Below, one piece after another: positions 53,557 to 63,924 of a DNA stretch of 64,000 nucleotides. The notes under the pieces are model-generated. The model saw only the letters and a program-made list of their open reading frames with translations. It was not told the origin of the DNA and ran no database searches. The translations under genes and the position numbers were made by a program. The DNA is from Stutzerimonas stutzeri (lineage in GTDB: Bacteria; Pseudomonadota; Gammaproteobacteria; Pseudomonadales; Pseudomonadaceae): positions 77,549 through 141,548 of the forward strand of contig DGLA01000001.1 of the NCBI GenBank assembly GCA_002387205.1. Direction: 5' to 3'. How positions within the stretch are numbered: position 1 is the first letter of the stretch; each line of letters starts with the position of its first letter.

Positions 53557-53643
53557 GACGGAAGCGCCTTCGGCGATTCCGTCCTACAGGCAGCTAACAT
53601 GCCCAGCCATCGTAGGTCGGATTAGCCGAAGGCGTAATCCGAC
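53557..53643. repeat. REP doublet, copy B
   Basis: Same two REP units as 47177-47265 with a different spacer. Confidence 0.8.
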
Positions 53644-53686
53644 GGCCCGAAGCAAATTCGGCACCCAAGGCATAATCCAACCCTGC

Positions 53687-54382
53687 TCACCCACACTTCG
53701 AATTGCCACAATTCAGACACGTCGCGCAGCCGTCCATCTGGACCACCGCCTGGGTATTGCACTTGCTGCACAGCTGCGCGCCGGCGGGGAAGCCCTCGCC
53801 CGGCTCCACCGTGACCGCACCCTGGCTGGCTTCGTAGGCGGCGCGCTTTTCGGCCAGGTACTTGAGCTGGGCTTCATCCAGCGCATGACCTTCGAGCATG
53901 CCGATAGCGATCAGATGCCGCTCCAGAACGCCGCCGATCTCCGCCACGATGGACGGCATATAGACCCCGCCCTTCTTGAGGTAGCCGCCGCGGGGATCGA
54001 ACACCGCTTTCAGTTCCTCGACGAGAAAGGTGCAATCCCCGCCCTTGCGGAACACTGCGGACATGATGCGCGTGAGCGCCACGATCCATTGGAAGTGATC
54101 CATGTTTTTAGAGTTGATGAAAATCTCGAACGGTCGGCGCTGCTCGTGGGGCGTGCCGGCGTTGAGGACGACATCGTTGACGGTGACATAGAGCGCGTGC
54201 TCGAACAGCGGCGACTTGATCTTGTAGGTCATGCCGACCAGGGTTTCCGGCCGCTGCAGGCTTTCGTCCATTTCCACCACGTTGGCTTTTCCGGTGGCGT
54301 TGTCAGCGCTGACGGCGGGCCGCTCAAGGGTTTCGTCGACGACCTTGAAGCCCTTGATGCGCTGCGTGATCTTTACGGTCAT
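53687..54382 (-). CDS. nrdJb: Class II ribonucleotide reductase, C-terminal subunit NrdJb
   Basis: RPFEIFINSK; C-terminal CSKC...GCATCLNCGNSKCG. Confidence 0.92.
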   Translation of the reverse strand: MTVKITQRIKGFKVVDETLERPAVSADNATGKANVVEMDESLQRPETLVGMTYKIKSPLFEHALYVTVNDVVLNAGTPHEQRRPFEIFINSKNMDHFQWIVALTRIMSAVFRKGGDCTFLVEELKAVFDPRGGYLKKGGVYMPSIVAEIGGVLERHLIAIGMLEGHALDEAQLKYLAEKRAAYEASQGAVTVEPGEGFPAGAQLCSKCNTQAVVQMDGCATCLNCGNSKCG

Positions 54383-54403
54383 TGCGGGTTCTCCAGTCGG
54401 GGC

Positions 54404-57400
54404 TCAATACTTGCCGTAATAGCCTTCTTTGAGTGCGTCGAACATGTTGGCGGCGGAATTGACCTCACCGTCGTACTCGACCTCTTCGTTGCCTTTGAGC
54501 TCGACCACACTGCCGTCCTCGAGAATGAAGCGATACAGGGTCTTCTCCAGGTCAGCCTCCTTGACCAGCACGCCCTGGAAGGCGGCCGGGTTGAAGCGAA
54601 AGGTGGTGCAGCCCTTGAGGCCCTGGTGCCAGGCGTAGCGGTAGATATCCTTGAACGCCTCGAAGGGATAGTCGGTGGGCACGTTGGCGGTCTTTGAGAT
54701 CGACGAGTCGACCCACTTCTGCGCGGCGGCCTGGATGTCGACGTGCTGGGCCGGCGTGACATCGTCGGCGGTGATGAAATACTCCGGCAGCTTCTGCCCC
54801 GACTCGGTGGCGGCCGGCGTGGCCTGCGGGTTGATCAGGGTGCGATAGGCCAGCAACTCGTAGCTGAACACCTCGATCTTTTCCTTGGCCTTGCGCCCCG
54901 GGCGGATCAGGTTGCGCGAGTACTGATGGGCGAAGCTCGGCTCGATGCCGTTGGAGGCGTTGTTGGCCAGGCTCAGGCTGATGGTGCCAGTGGGCGCGAT
55001 GGAGCTGTGGTGGGTGAAACGCGCGCCCTGCTCGGCCAGGGCGTCGACCAGATCCGGGGCGAATTCGGCGATCTTCTGCATGTAGCGCGAATATCTGGCG
55101 TGTAGCACCCGGCCCGGCACTAGGTCGCCGACCTTGTAGCCGTCCTTGTTCATTTCGGGACGCTTGCGCAGCATCTCGGCAGTGACCTCGAAGGTCTCGG
55201 CCAGTAGCGGCGCGGGGCCCTTCTCCTTCGACAACGCCAGCGCCTCTTCCCAGCCGACCAGCGCCATCTCCCGGGCTACTTCTTCGGTGAATACGCAGGC
55301 TTCCGGGCTGCCATAACGCAGCTTGAGCAGGGTCAGGGCCGAGCCGAGACCGAGGAAGCCCATGCCGTGACGACGCTTGCTCTCGATCTCGTGGCGCTGC
55401 TGCTCAAGCGGCAGGCCGTTGATCTCGACGACGTTGTCCAGCATGCGGGTGAAGACGCGCACCACCTCGCGGTACCTGTCCCAGTCGAAGCGCGCATCGG
55501 CGCCAAACGGGTCGATGACGAAGCGGGTCAGGTTGATCGAGCCGAGCAGGCAGGAGCCGTAGGGCGGCAAGGGTTGTTCGCCGCAGTTGTGGGCATGCAG
55601 ACCGTTGGCATCGAAGGCGTTGATACCCGGTATCTGCACGTCGTACACGTCCTCGATTCCATCCGCTTCAAGCGAGTTGACCGTGGCCACGAAACGGCTG
55701 CGATTGAGCCGCCGCCGATAGCCCGAAAGCGCCGCGCCAAGGCGTGCCGCCTTGGCGCCATCGGTAAAGCCGATCAGTTGTTCATAGCTGACCAACGCCT
55801 CGCCACTGATGATCAGCTCATACTGGGCCTGGGTTGGATATTCACGACGGCCCCCACGCCCGTCCGGCAAGGAGGACGAACCAGCAGACCGCCGCGCATA
55901 CAGTGCAGAGGGAATACCCAGTCGCAGCAGCATGCGCTGTGCCGCCTCCAAACGCTTGCGATCCGACTGCGCCAGGCGTACCGAGACGCCTTTTTCCTGT
56001 GATCCCTGAACGCTACCGTCCGCATCGAAGAAGCCTCTGAGAAAGGCTCGACAGGCCTCGCTGGAGGCGCGCTCCAGGGCAGGAGTGATGGGCTTGTCGC
56101 CTGGAGTCATACCGACAGAGAACGCCAGGTCTCGTAGCGAAGCGGACTTGAGCCGCCACTCGCTGCGCCCTGCAACAGGCATCCAACCCGTGAAGTCGGC
56201 ACGGGTCCGCCCGGGCAGCGCATCCACGCAACGACGCGCCTCGTCCATCACTGCTTGCATCGCGGCTCCGGGCCCGGCTTCAAGGCCATTAGCCTGGGCA
56301 GCGGCGCCCCACACCGAGAGGACTGCACCTTCGGCCTTGAGCGTGCCATCACCGATCAGGAGGCCGAGCAGATAGCCCTGTTCGGCGCTTAACTCGCCCG
56401 GCCAGTGAGGGATCTGCCGGTGATCATTGAGCAGCAGGCGGTCTCCGACCTGCAGCTTCGCAGCCTTGCACCATTCGGTATCGAGACTCCATCGCGTCTG
56501 CCGGACAACACGTCGGACGCGGTGATCGGCGGTCAGGCGCAGCGAGTACCCTTCGCGAGTTGCCAGCCGCAGCACCGGTTTGCAGTCGGTGCGGAAAAAG
56601 CCTTGCGGACCACTGGCATGGTGCCGCCCATCAACTCTGGCGAGAAAGGGTCGACCCACCAGCTCATGGACCTGACGCGGTCCTTCTGCAGTCTGCACCC
56701 AGGTATCGGCGGTGACGCAAGGATTGGTCGCCCGAATTGCCTCGCACCACCAATTGTTGTTCAGCTGGTTGACGCGGTCGATGAGGATGAAGCCCGGCTC
56801 GGCGTAATCGTAGGTGGACACCATGATCATGTCCCACAGATGTCGCGCCTTGGCCCGCCCGTAGATCTTGCAGGCCACCAGACCGTCGTCGCGGACGATG
56901 TAGCCATCATGGCTCGGCCATTCGCGCCAGAGCACCTGCTCCGGGTCGTCGAGGTCGTGGTCGGCCTTCTCCTTGAGGTGTAGCGGGAAGATCAGCGGCC
57001 AGTCCTGGTCCGCCTCCACGGCCTGCATGAACTCATCGGTGATCAGCAGGCTGAGGTTGAACTGGCGCAGCCTGCCGTCCTCGCGTTTGGCGCGGATGAA
57101 TTCGCGCACGTCCGGGTGGCCGACGTCGAAGGTGCCCATCTGCGCGCCGCGACGTCCGCCGGCGGAGCTGACGGTGAAGCACATCTTGTCGAAGATATCC
57201 ATGAACGACAGCGGGCCGCTGGTATGCGCGCCGGCGCCGGAGACAAAGGAGCCGCGCGGCCGAAGCGTGCTGAACTCATAGCCGATGCCGCAGCCGGCCT
57301 TGAGCGTCAGGCCGGCTTCATGGACCTTGCCGAGGATGTCGTCCATCGAGTCATTGATGGTGCCGGATACGGTGCAGTTGATCGTCGAGGTGGCCGGTTT

Positions 57401-57688
57401 GTAGTCCTGCGCGCCGGCGTTGGAAATGATCCGCCCAGCAGGGATCGCGCCGTTGCGCAGCGCCCAGAGAAACCGCTCGTACCAGAGCTCGCGGGTCTCC
57501 GGGGTTTCCACCTCGGCGAGTGCTCGCGCAACCCGCTGCCAGGTGGCGTCGACACTGTCATCGACGGCGCTGCCATCCTTGCGGGTCAGACGGTATTTCT
57601 GTGCCCAGATGTCTTCGGACGCCGCCTGCAATGCGATGTCAGCTGTGGTTTTCGTCTCTGCCTCGATGGGCCCGTTCGTCCTCGCCAT
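54404..57688 (-). CDS. nrdJa: AdoCbl-dependent ribonucleotide reductase NrdJa, intein-containing precursor
   Basis: PAGRIISNAG, TINCTVS, ATNP|intein|CGEQPLPPYGSCLLGS, IAPTGTISL. Confidence 0.94.
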   Translation of the reverse strand: MARTNGPIEAETKTTADIALQAASEDIWAQKYRLTRKDGSAVDDSVDATWQRVARALAEVETPETRELWYERFLWALRNGAIPAGRIISNAGAQDYKPATSTINCTVSGTINDSMDDILGKVHEAGLTLKAGCGIGYEFSTLRPRGSFVSGAGAHTSGPLSFMDIFDKMCFTVSSAGGRRGAQMGTFDVGHPDVREFIRAKREDGRLRQFNLSLLITDEFMQAVEADQDWPLIFPLHLKEKADHDLDDPEQVLWREWPSHDGYIVRDDGLVACKIYGRAKARHLWDMIMVSTYDYAEPGFILIDRVNQLNNNWWCEAIRATNPCVTADTWVQTAEGPRQVHELVGRPFLARVDGRHHASGPQGFFRTDCKPVLRLATREGYSLRLTADHRVRRVVRQTRWSLDTEWCKAAKLQVGDRLLLNDHRQIPHWPGELSAEQGYLLGLLIGDGTLKAEGAVLSVWGAAAQANGLEAGPGAAMQAVMDEARRCVDALPGRTRADFTGWMPVAGRSEWRLKSASLRDLAFSVGMTPGDKPITPALERASSEACRAFLRGFFDADGSVQGSQEKGVSVRLAQSDRKRLEAAQRMLLRLGIPSALYARRSAGSSSLPDGRGGRREYPTQAQYELIISGEALVSYEQLIGFTDGAKAARLGAALSGYRRRLNRSRFVATVNSLEADGIEDVYDVQIPGINAFDANGLHAHNCGEQPLPPYGSCLLGSINLTRFVIDPFGADARFDWDRYREVVRVFTRMLDNVVEINGLPLEQQRHEIESKRRHGMGFLGLGSALTLLKLRYGSPEACVFTEEVAREMALVGWEEALALSKEKGPAPLLAETFEVTAEMLRKRPEMNKDGYKVGDLVPGRVLHARYSRYMQKIAEFAPDLVDALAEQGARFTHHSSIAPTGTISLSLANNASNGIEPSFAHQYSRNLIRPGRKAKEKIEVFSYELLAYRTLINPQATPAATESGQKLPEYFITADDVTPAQHVDIQAAAQKWVDSSISKTANVPTDYPFEAFKDIYRYAWHQGLKGCTTFRFNPAAFQGVLVKEADLEKTLYRFILEDGSVVELKGNEEVEYDGEVNSAANMFDALKEGYYGKY
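55586..56719 (-). mobile_element. Intein with LAGLIDADG homing endonuclease (378 aa) in nrdJa
   Basis: Starts CVTADTWV; block B LRLTADHRV; LLGLLIGDG and FLRGFFDADG; ends VYDVQIPGINAFDANGLHAHN before a +1 Cys. Confidence 0.95.
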
Positions 57689-57841
57689 GCGCAGCGCAAC
57701 CTCGTGTCGATGGAGTGGAAACCAAAGCACGAAGCATAGTCAGCGATGCCAGAAGCACGAATGACACGCATCAAGTCACCCGACGGACAACCCATCGAAA
57801 CACCCAACGGCTGAGCTGCCATTGGGGTGCCCTGTAGCGGG

Positions 57842-58852
57842 TCAGAGCGACTCGAGGCAGCCTGCCAGCGAGTTGCCGAGGTTATCGATCAATTGCTCGT
57901 AGCCACCCGCGGTGGCCTCGATGTCATAGCCGAGTGCATCCAGTTCGGCGACCTTTACCGGTAGTCCGCGGGTCAGGCTGTCAACCAGACGCGGGCGCAC
58001 CGGTGGCTCGTAGAACACGCAGCTCGGGCCGGCCTGCTCCAGACGCTCACGCATCGCGGCAACGTGTCGCGCGCCCGGCTGGGCTTCGCCACCTGCACTG
58101 AACACACCGGCGTGCTTGATGTTGTAGGCCGACTCGAAATACTCATAGGCCTCGTGAAAGACAAAGAAGGGCTTGGCGCGCGTCTCACTCAGGCGCTTGT
58201 TCAGCCGTTCATCGAGAGCAGCCAGGCGCTGCTTGAACGCCGCCAGGTTGGCCTCGTAGCGCTGGGCGTTTGCCGGGTCGGCTTTGGCCATGTCCCTGGC
58301 CATCACTTCGGCGATAGCCAGGGCATTGGCAGGCAGCAACCAGAGGTGCGCGTCCAGGCTGCCGGGGCGATGGGCATGATCGTGTTCGTCGTGGCTGGCA
58401 GCCGTTGCCTCGGTCGCTCCATGATCATGGCCGTCATGGCCATCTTCATCGTGAGCGTGCTCGGCTTCATGGTCATGTTCAGCATCGTTGCCAGCTGCCT
58501 CGCCAAAGTGGCGCAGCGTCAGCCCCGGAATGGACTGTACGGCGACGCTCGGGCCTTTGCGGCCGCTCAGCAGCGGTTCCAGAAAAGTCTCCATGTCAGG
58601 GCCGATCCAATAGACGAGATCGGCGCTGCGCAGCTGCCGTACGTCGGATGGGCGCATGGCGTAATGATGGGGCGAGGCGCCTGGCGGCAGCAGGACGCCA
58701 GGCTTGCCGACACCGTCCTGAACGGCAGCGGCGATCAGCTGCAAGGGCTTGATGCTGGTCAGCACCTCGACCTCGGCATGGGCCTGGACACTGGTGAAGA
58801 GGCTGGCAGTGAGAAGCAAGGGAAGTGAAAAAAGACGGAACACGGGCAACAC
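57842..58852 (-). CDS. znuA: Zinc ABC transporter substrate-binding protein ZnuA
   Basis: LPPGASPHHY, His/Asp-rich loop, DAHLWL, FHEAYEYFE. GTG start inferred. Confidence 0.92.
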   Translation of the reverse strand: MLPVFRLFSLPLLLTASLFTSVQAHAEVEVLTSIKPLQLIAAAVQDGVGKPGVLLPPGASPHHYAMRPSDVRQLRSADLVYWIGPDMETFLEPLLSGRKGPSVAVQSIPGLTLRHFGEAAGNDAEHDHEAEHAHDEDGHDGHDHGATEATAASHDEHDHAHRPGSLDAHLWLLPANALAIAEVMARDMAKADPANAQRYEANLAAFKQRLAALDERLNKRLSETRAKPFFVFHEAYEYFESAYNIKHAGVFSAGGEAQPGARHVAAMRERLEQAGPSCVFYEPPVRPRLVDSLTRGLPVKVAELDALGYDIEATAGGYEQLIDNLGNSLAGCLESL

Positions 58853-58867
58853 TCGATTGAACTGAAT

Positions 58868-58884
58868 AGGTAACATAATAACGT
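58868..58884. promoter_or_regulatory. Putative Zur box between znuA and zur
   Basis: GTAACATAATAAC, an imperfect GTTAT-N3-ATAAC palindrome. Confidence 0.6.
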
Positions 58885-58908
58885 CTCTAAGCCACCTCGT
58901 CTCCGCCC

Positions 58909-59394
58909 ATGCCCAAGTCCCCGCTGGCCTGCACGCCCCATGACCATGACCACTGCGTCAGCAGTGCCCTGGCAGAAGCCGATCTTCTCTGCGAACGCTC
59001 CGGCGTGCGCCTGACCGCCCTGCGCAAGCGCGTACTGGAGCTGGTCTGGCAGAGCCACAAGCCGCTCGGCGCCTACGACATCCTCGCCGAGCTGACGGCT
59101 CAGGACGGTCGCCGCGCCGCGCCGCCCACCGTTTACCGGGCGCTGGATTTCCTGCTGGAGAACGGGCTGGTGCACCGCATTGCCTCGCTCAATGCCTTCA
59201 TTGGCTGCAATCACCCGGAGCATCCCCATCAGGGCCAGTTCCTGATCTGCCGCAATTGCCACACCGCCATCGAGCTGGAGCAGCCCGCCATCAGCGAGGC
59301 CATCGACCAGGCTGCGCGCGGGGTGGATTTCCAGGTCGAAGGCCAGACGGTCGAAGTGGTCGGCATGTGCGCGCCCTGCCGGAACGCCGCATGA
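58909..59394 (+). CDS. zur: Zinc uptake regulator Zur
   Basis: Fur family: [11 protein letters not shown] and two CxxC motifs. Confidence 0.93.
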   Translation: MPKSPLACTPHDHDHCVSSALAEADLLCERSGVRLTALRKRVLELVWQSHKPLGAYDILAELTAQDGRRAAPPTVYRALDFLLENGLVHRIASLNAFIGCNHPEHPHQGQFLICRNCHTAIELEQPAISEAIDQAARGVDFQVEGQTVEVVGMCAPCRNAA

Positions 59395-60161
59395 GCGAAG
59401 CGTTGATCCGCCTGGATGACATCCATGTGCGCTTCGCCAAGCAGACGGTGCTCGAAGGCGCTCAGCTGCAGGTCCATCGTGGCGAAATTGTCACCCTGAT
59501 CGGCCCCAACGGCGCCGGCAAGACGACCCTGGTGCGCGCCGTCCTCGGCTTGCTCAAGCCCGATAGCGGCACGGTCTGGCGCAAGCCACGGCTGCGCGTC
59601 GGCTATATGCCGCAGAAGCTGCATGTCGACCCTACATTGCCGCTGTCGGTGTTGCGCTTCTTGCGTCTGGTGCCAGGCGTCGACCGCGCCGCTGCGCTGG
59701 CGGCGCTGAGCGAAGTGGGCGCCGAACATGTCATCGACAGCCCGTTGCAATCGGTTTCCGGCGGCGAGATGCAGCGCGTGCTGCTGGCCCGCGCCCTGCT
59801 GCGTCAGCCTGAGTTGCTGGTGCTGGACGAGCCGGTGCAAGGCGTCGACGTCGCCGGCCAGGCCGAGCTGTACCGGCTGATCGGGCGATTGCGCGAACGC
59901 TATGGCTGCGGCGTGCTGATGGTCTCCCACGACCTGCATTTGGTGATGAGCGCCACCGACCAGGTGGTCTGCCTGAATCGCCACGTCTGCTGCTCCGGCC
60001 ACCCGGAACAGGTCAGCGCTGACCCGGCGTTTGTCGAACTGTTTGGCCAGGACGCCCGGAGCCTGGCGATCTATCACCATCAGCACGACCACAGCCACGA
60101 CCTGCATGGCAGCGTGGTCACCGGCAAACCTCACGTCCACGGCCCGAATTGCAAGCACTGA
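59391..60161 (+). CDS. znuC: Zinc ABC transporter ATPase ZnuC
   Basis: [15 protein letters not shown], His-rich tail. Confidence 0.94.
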   Translation: MSEALIRLDDIHVRFAKQTVLEGAQLQVHRGEIVTLIGPNGAGKTTLVRAVLGLLKPDSGTVWRKPRLRVGYMPQKLHVDPTLPLSVLRFLRLVPGVDRAAALAALSEVGAEHVIDSPLQSVSGGEMQRVLLARALLRQPELLVLDEPVQGVDVAGQAELYRLIGRLRERYGCGVLMVSHDLHLVMSATDQVVCLNRHVCCSGHPEQVSADPAFVELFGQDARSLAIYHHQHDHSHDLHGSVVTGKPHVHGPNCKH

Positions 60162-60168
60162 TAACCTG

Positions 60169-60954
60169 ATGCCTGACTTCCTCCTCAATGCACTATTGGC
60201 CGGCCTTGCGCTGGCGCTGGTCGCCGGCCCGCTTGGTTCCTTCGTGGTCTGGCGGCGGATGGCCTACTTTGGCGACACCCTTTCCCACTCCGCCCTGCTC
60301 GGGGTGGCGCTGGGTCTGTTGCTGGACATCAACCTGACCCTGGCCGTGACCTTCTGCTGCGTGTTGCTCGCGGTGCTGCTGGTGACCCTGCAGCAGCGTC
60401 AGCCGCTGGCATCCGACACGCTGCTGGGCATCCTCGCCCACAGCAGCCTGTCCCTCGGCCTGGTGTCGCTGAGCTTCATGAAGGACGTACGCATCGACCT
60501 GATGGGCTATCTGTTCGGCGACTTGCTGGCCGTCAGTCCCACTGACCTGGCCTGGATCGCCGGCGGCTCCGCCCTGGTGCTGCTCGCGCTGGCTTTCCTC
60601 TGGAGGCCATTGCTGGCGGTCACGGTGCATGAGGAGCTGGCAAAGGTGGAAGGCCTGCCCGTGGCCGGTATCCGCCTGGCCTTGATGCTGCTGATCGCCA
60701 TCGTGATAGCCGTGGCCATGAAGATTGTCGGCGTGCTCCTGATCACCTCGCTGCTGATCATTCCCGCCGCTGCCGCACAGCGCCACGCGCGCACCCCGGA
60801 ACAAATGGCCATGGGCGCCAGCCTGCTGGGCCTGCTGGCGGTGTGCTGCGGCCTCTCCCTATCGTGGTATCAGGACACGCCGGCCGGCCCCTCGATCGTG
60901 GTGTCTGCCGCGGCCATGTTTCTGCTCAGCTTTGCCTGGCCGCGCCGGAACTAG
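60169..60954 (+). CDS. znuB: Zinc ABC transporter permease ZnuB
   Basis: RRMAYFGDTLSH, YLFGDLL, DTPAGPSIV. Confidence 0.94.
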   Translation: MPDFLLNALLAGLALALVAGPLGSFVVWRRMAYFGDTLSHSALLGVALGLLLDINLTLAVTFCCVLLAVLLVTLQQRQPLASDTLLGILAHSSLSLGLVSLSFMKDVRIDLMGYLFGDLLAVSPTDLAWIAGGSALVLLALAFLWRPLLAVTVHEELAKVEGLPVAGIRLALMLLIAIVIAVAMKIVGVLLITSLLIIPAAAAQRHARTPEQMAMGASLLGLLAVCCGLSLSWYQDTPAGPSIVVSAAAMFLLSFAWPRRN

Positions 60955-60958
60955 ACCG

Positions 60959-61450
60959 ATGACCACGCTGAAATACCTGCAGGGCTATCCCGCATCATTG
61001 CAGGATCAGGTTCGCCGGATGATCGAAGAGCAGCGGTTGGGCGACTACCTGGAGCGCCGTTATCCGCAACGCCATCAGGTACAGAGCGACAAGGCACTGT
61101 ATGGCTACGTCCAGCAGTTGCGCCAGAGTCATCTCAAGAGCGCACCGAGCATCGACAAGGTGCTTTACGACAACCGCCTCGACCTCACCCATCGCGCGCT
61201 GGGCCTGCACACGGCGGTGTCTCGTGTGCAAGGCGGCAAGCTCAAGGCCAAGAAGGAGATTCGCGTCGCCGCGCTGTTCAAGGAAGCAGCGCCGGAGTTC
61301 TTGCAGATGATTGTCGTGCACGAACTGGCGCACCTGCGCGAGAGCGACCACAACCGGGCGTTCTACAAGCTCTGCGAACACATGATGCCGGGATACGCGC
61401 AGACCGAGTTCGACCTGCGCTGCTACCTGCACTGGCGCGAACTGACTTAA
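60959..61450 (+). CDS. YgjP-like HEXXH metal-dependent hydrolase
   Basis: LKYLQGYP, VVHELAHLRESDHNRAFY. Confidence 0.86.
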   Translation: MTTLKYLQGYPASLQDQVRRMIEEQRLGDYLERRYPQRHQVQSDKALYGYVQQLRQSHLKSAPSIDKVLYDNRLDLTHRALGLHTAVSRVQGGKLKAKKEIRVAALFKEAAPEFLQMIVVHELAHLRESDHNRAFYKLCEHMMPGYAQTEFDLRCYLHWRELT

Positions 61451-61470
61451 CCACAGGCTGCTGCAGACAC

Positions 61471-61507
61471 AAAAAAGGCGGCCCGAAATCAACCGGGCCG
61501 CCCTGTT
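61471..61507. terminator. Intrinsic terminator downstream of katE, possibly bidirectional
   Basis: A6-GGCGGCCCG...CGGGCCGCC. Confidence 0.7.
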
Positions 61508-61519
61508 ACGCTTTTGCAG

Positions 61520-63667
61520 TTACGCCGGCACCTGCTCCGCCGCCGCCTCGCGCGCCCAGATCCGGTGTTGCGCCAGTGCCTGCGCGAACGCCGTGAACAC
61601 CGTGGCGACATCGCCGTCATCACCGGTCACCAGACCGGCATCTTCCGGCAGGTTGAGGGCTGTGAGCAGCTGCCGGGCATCACCCAGTACCGCGATCGGC
61701 TTGAGGTGCTTGTAGGCTTCGAGCAGGTAGTGCTTGGCCACGCCGGACTTGGCCATGGCCTGCACGCTCTGCGCGCCGCCCGGCACGAAGACCGCGTCGA
61801 AGGCGATCGAGGGCATGCCATCCATCGCTGCATCAGGCGTGAGCATCTTGCCGTCGGCGGTCTTCACCGGCGCCGGTGACGGTCCGATCAGCTTGGCGAT
61901 TGCACCCTCGTCTGCCAGCTTCTGCTTGAAAGCCTCGATAGCCTTACCATCCACGCCGTTGGCAATCAGGATGGCGACCTTGCGCGACTTGATATTGCCG
62001 GACAGATGATTCATCAGGCTCAGCGCCGGTGAGCTGGCCGGGTTTGGCTGCTTGAGGGTGATGGTCGGGGCTGTAGGCGGTGTCACGCCGATGTTTTCCG
62101 CGACGCGACGCGCCAGCTCCAGATCGATATTGGCGAGAATCTCGTTGACCTGGCGCTCACGGATGAACACCCGCTCGACCTTGCCCAGCTCGAAGCTGTA
62201 GGCGCCGATGATGTGTTCCTTCTCCGGCGCGCTCATGCTGTTCCAGAACAAGGTCGCCTGGGAAAAATGGTCCGAGAACGAGGGGCTGCGTGCCCGCACC
62301 TTGTGCCCTTCCATCCGCTCCGGATAGCTCTCGAAGCCACCACCGCTGGCAGCAGGCGGCGTTTCCTTCGGCCAGCCGCTGTCGATGGAGTTGGGCTCGT
62401 AGTTGGCGCGGCCCTTGTTGATCGTCTGCCGATGGAAGGCATCGCGCTGATTGTTGTGCACCGGCGCGACCGAACGGTTGATCGGGATTTCATGGAAATT
62501 CGGCCCACCGAGGCGCAGCAGCTGGGTGTCGGTGTAGGAGAACAGCCGGCCCTGCAGCAGCGGATCATTGGTGAAATCGATGCCGGGCACGATATGGCCG
62601 ATATGGAAGGCGGCCTGCTCGGTCTCGGCGAAAAAGTTGTCCGGGTTGCGATTGAGGGTCATCTTGCCGAGCTTCTGCACCGGCACCAGCTCTTCAGGAA
62701 TGATCTTGGTCGGGTCCAGCAGGTCGAAGTCGAACTTGTGCTCGTCGGCCTCTTCCACCACCTGCACGCCCAGCTCCCACTCGAAATAGTCGCCCATTTC
62801 GATGGATTCCCAGAGATCGCGGCGGTTGAAGTCCGGGTCTTTACCGGCGAGCTTCAGCGTCTCGTCCCAGACCAGCGAGAACGCACCGGCCACAGGCTTC
62901 CAGTGGAACTTGACGAAGCGGCTCACACCCTCGGCATTGATCAGGCGGAAGGTGTGCACGCCGAAGCCTTCCATGGCCCGCAGGCTGCGTGGGATGCCGC
63001 GGTCGGACATGGCCCAGATGACCATGTGCGCCGACTCGGGAGTAAGCGATACGAAATCCCAGAAGCTGTCGTGGGCGGACTGGCCCTGGGGGATCTCGTT
63101 ATGCGGCTCGGGCTTCACTGCATGCACGAAGTCCGGAAATTTGATCGCGTCCTGGATGAAGAACACCGGCATGTTGTTGCCGACCAGGTCGAAAATGCCT
63201 TCATCGGTATAGAACTTGGTGGCGAAGCCGCGCACGTCGCGAACAGTATCGGCCGAGCCACGCGAGCCCTGCACGGTGGAAAAACGCACGAATACCGGCG
63301 TTTCCTTGCCTTTGCCGGCGAGGAAGGACGCCTTGGTCAATGAACTGTGGTCGTCGTAGCTGACGAACACGCCGTGGGCAGCCGAGCCGCGGGCGTGCAC
63401 GATGCGCTCGGGGATGCGCTCGTGATCGAAGTGGGTCAGCTTCTCGCGCATGATGAAGTCTTCGAGCAGCGAGGGTCCCCGTTCGCCTGCCCTCAGCGTG
63501 TTCTGGTTATCAGCGATCTTGACGCCCTGGTTCGTGCTCAGGGCCTCGCCCGTGGCATCGGAGCGAAAGGTTTCGAGCTGATCGAGCTTGGCGTTGTGGT
63601 TCTTGCGATCGACAGTGTCGGTACCGGCGAGCTCGCTGTTCTTAGGATCTTTGTTGTCCGTCATCAT
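61520..63667 (-). CDS. katE: Catalase HPII (large subunit with C-terminal DJ-1-like domain)
   Basis: [24 protein letters not shown]. Confidence 0.97.
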   Translation of the reverse strand: MMTDNKDPKNSELAGTDTVDRKNHNAKLDQLETFRSDATGEALSTNQGVKIADNQNTLRAGERGPSLLEDFIMREKLTHFDHERIPERIVHARGSAAHGVFVSYDDHSSLTKASFLAGKGKETPVFVRFSTVQGSRGSADTVRDVRGFATKFYTDEGIFDLVGNNMPVFFIQDAIKFPDFVHAVKPEPHNEIPQGQSAHDSFWDFVSLTPESAHMVIWAMSDRGIPRSLRAMEGFGVHTFRLINAEGVSRFVKFHWKPVAGAFSLVWDETLKLAGKDPDFNRRDLWESIEMGDYFEWELGVQVVEEADEHKFDFDLLDPTKIIPEELVPVQKLGKMTLNRNPDNFFAETEQAAFHIGHIVPGIDFTNDPLLQGRLFSYTDTQLLRLGGPNFHEIPINRSVAPVHNNQRDAFHRQTINKGRANYEPNSIDSGWPKETPPAASGGGFESYPERMEGHKVRARSPSFSDHFSQATLFWNSMSAPEKEHIIGAYSFELGKVERVFIRERQVNEILANIDLELARRVAENIGVTPPTAPTITLKQPNPASSPALSLMNHLSGNIKSRKVAILIANGVDGKAIEAFKQKLADEGAIAKLIGPSPAPVKTADGKMLTPDAAMDGMPSIAFDAVFVPGGAQSVQAMAKSGVAKHYLLEAYKHLKPIAVLGDARQLLTALNLPEDAGLVTGDDGDVATVFTAFAQALAQHRIWAREAAAEQVPA

Positions 63668-63924
63668 GGGCCTCGGTTGAGCGGGTGTGCTGAACCGCGA
63701 AAAAATCGGGCCATGCGGCCCAATACTTGATCAATTCACGGCGTACCAGTTAGTGACCCGATAAAGCCGCTCAAGGTTGCGAGCTGCGACGATTTGCTCA
63801 GACTATAGAGGCGATGGCTTGTCTCAATCACCGCAGTTCGCTACGCCCGCCCGCTGCAAATGCGTAGAATGCACGCCTTTCGCCACCATCCAGGCACATA
63901 CGACCGCACCCACAAGGTTCGCCC

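Noticed and set aside
53687..57688. Split of nrdJ into two genes as a possible pseudogene
   Set aside because: The NrdJa/NrdJb split is the known functional arrangement in Pseudomonas.
57690..57841. Expected NrdR box or cobalamin riboswitch upstream of nrdJa
   Set aside because: No convincing match by eye.
58370..58490. Low-complexity CAT/GAT repeats
   Set aside because: They encode the normal His/Asp-rich loop of ZnuA.
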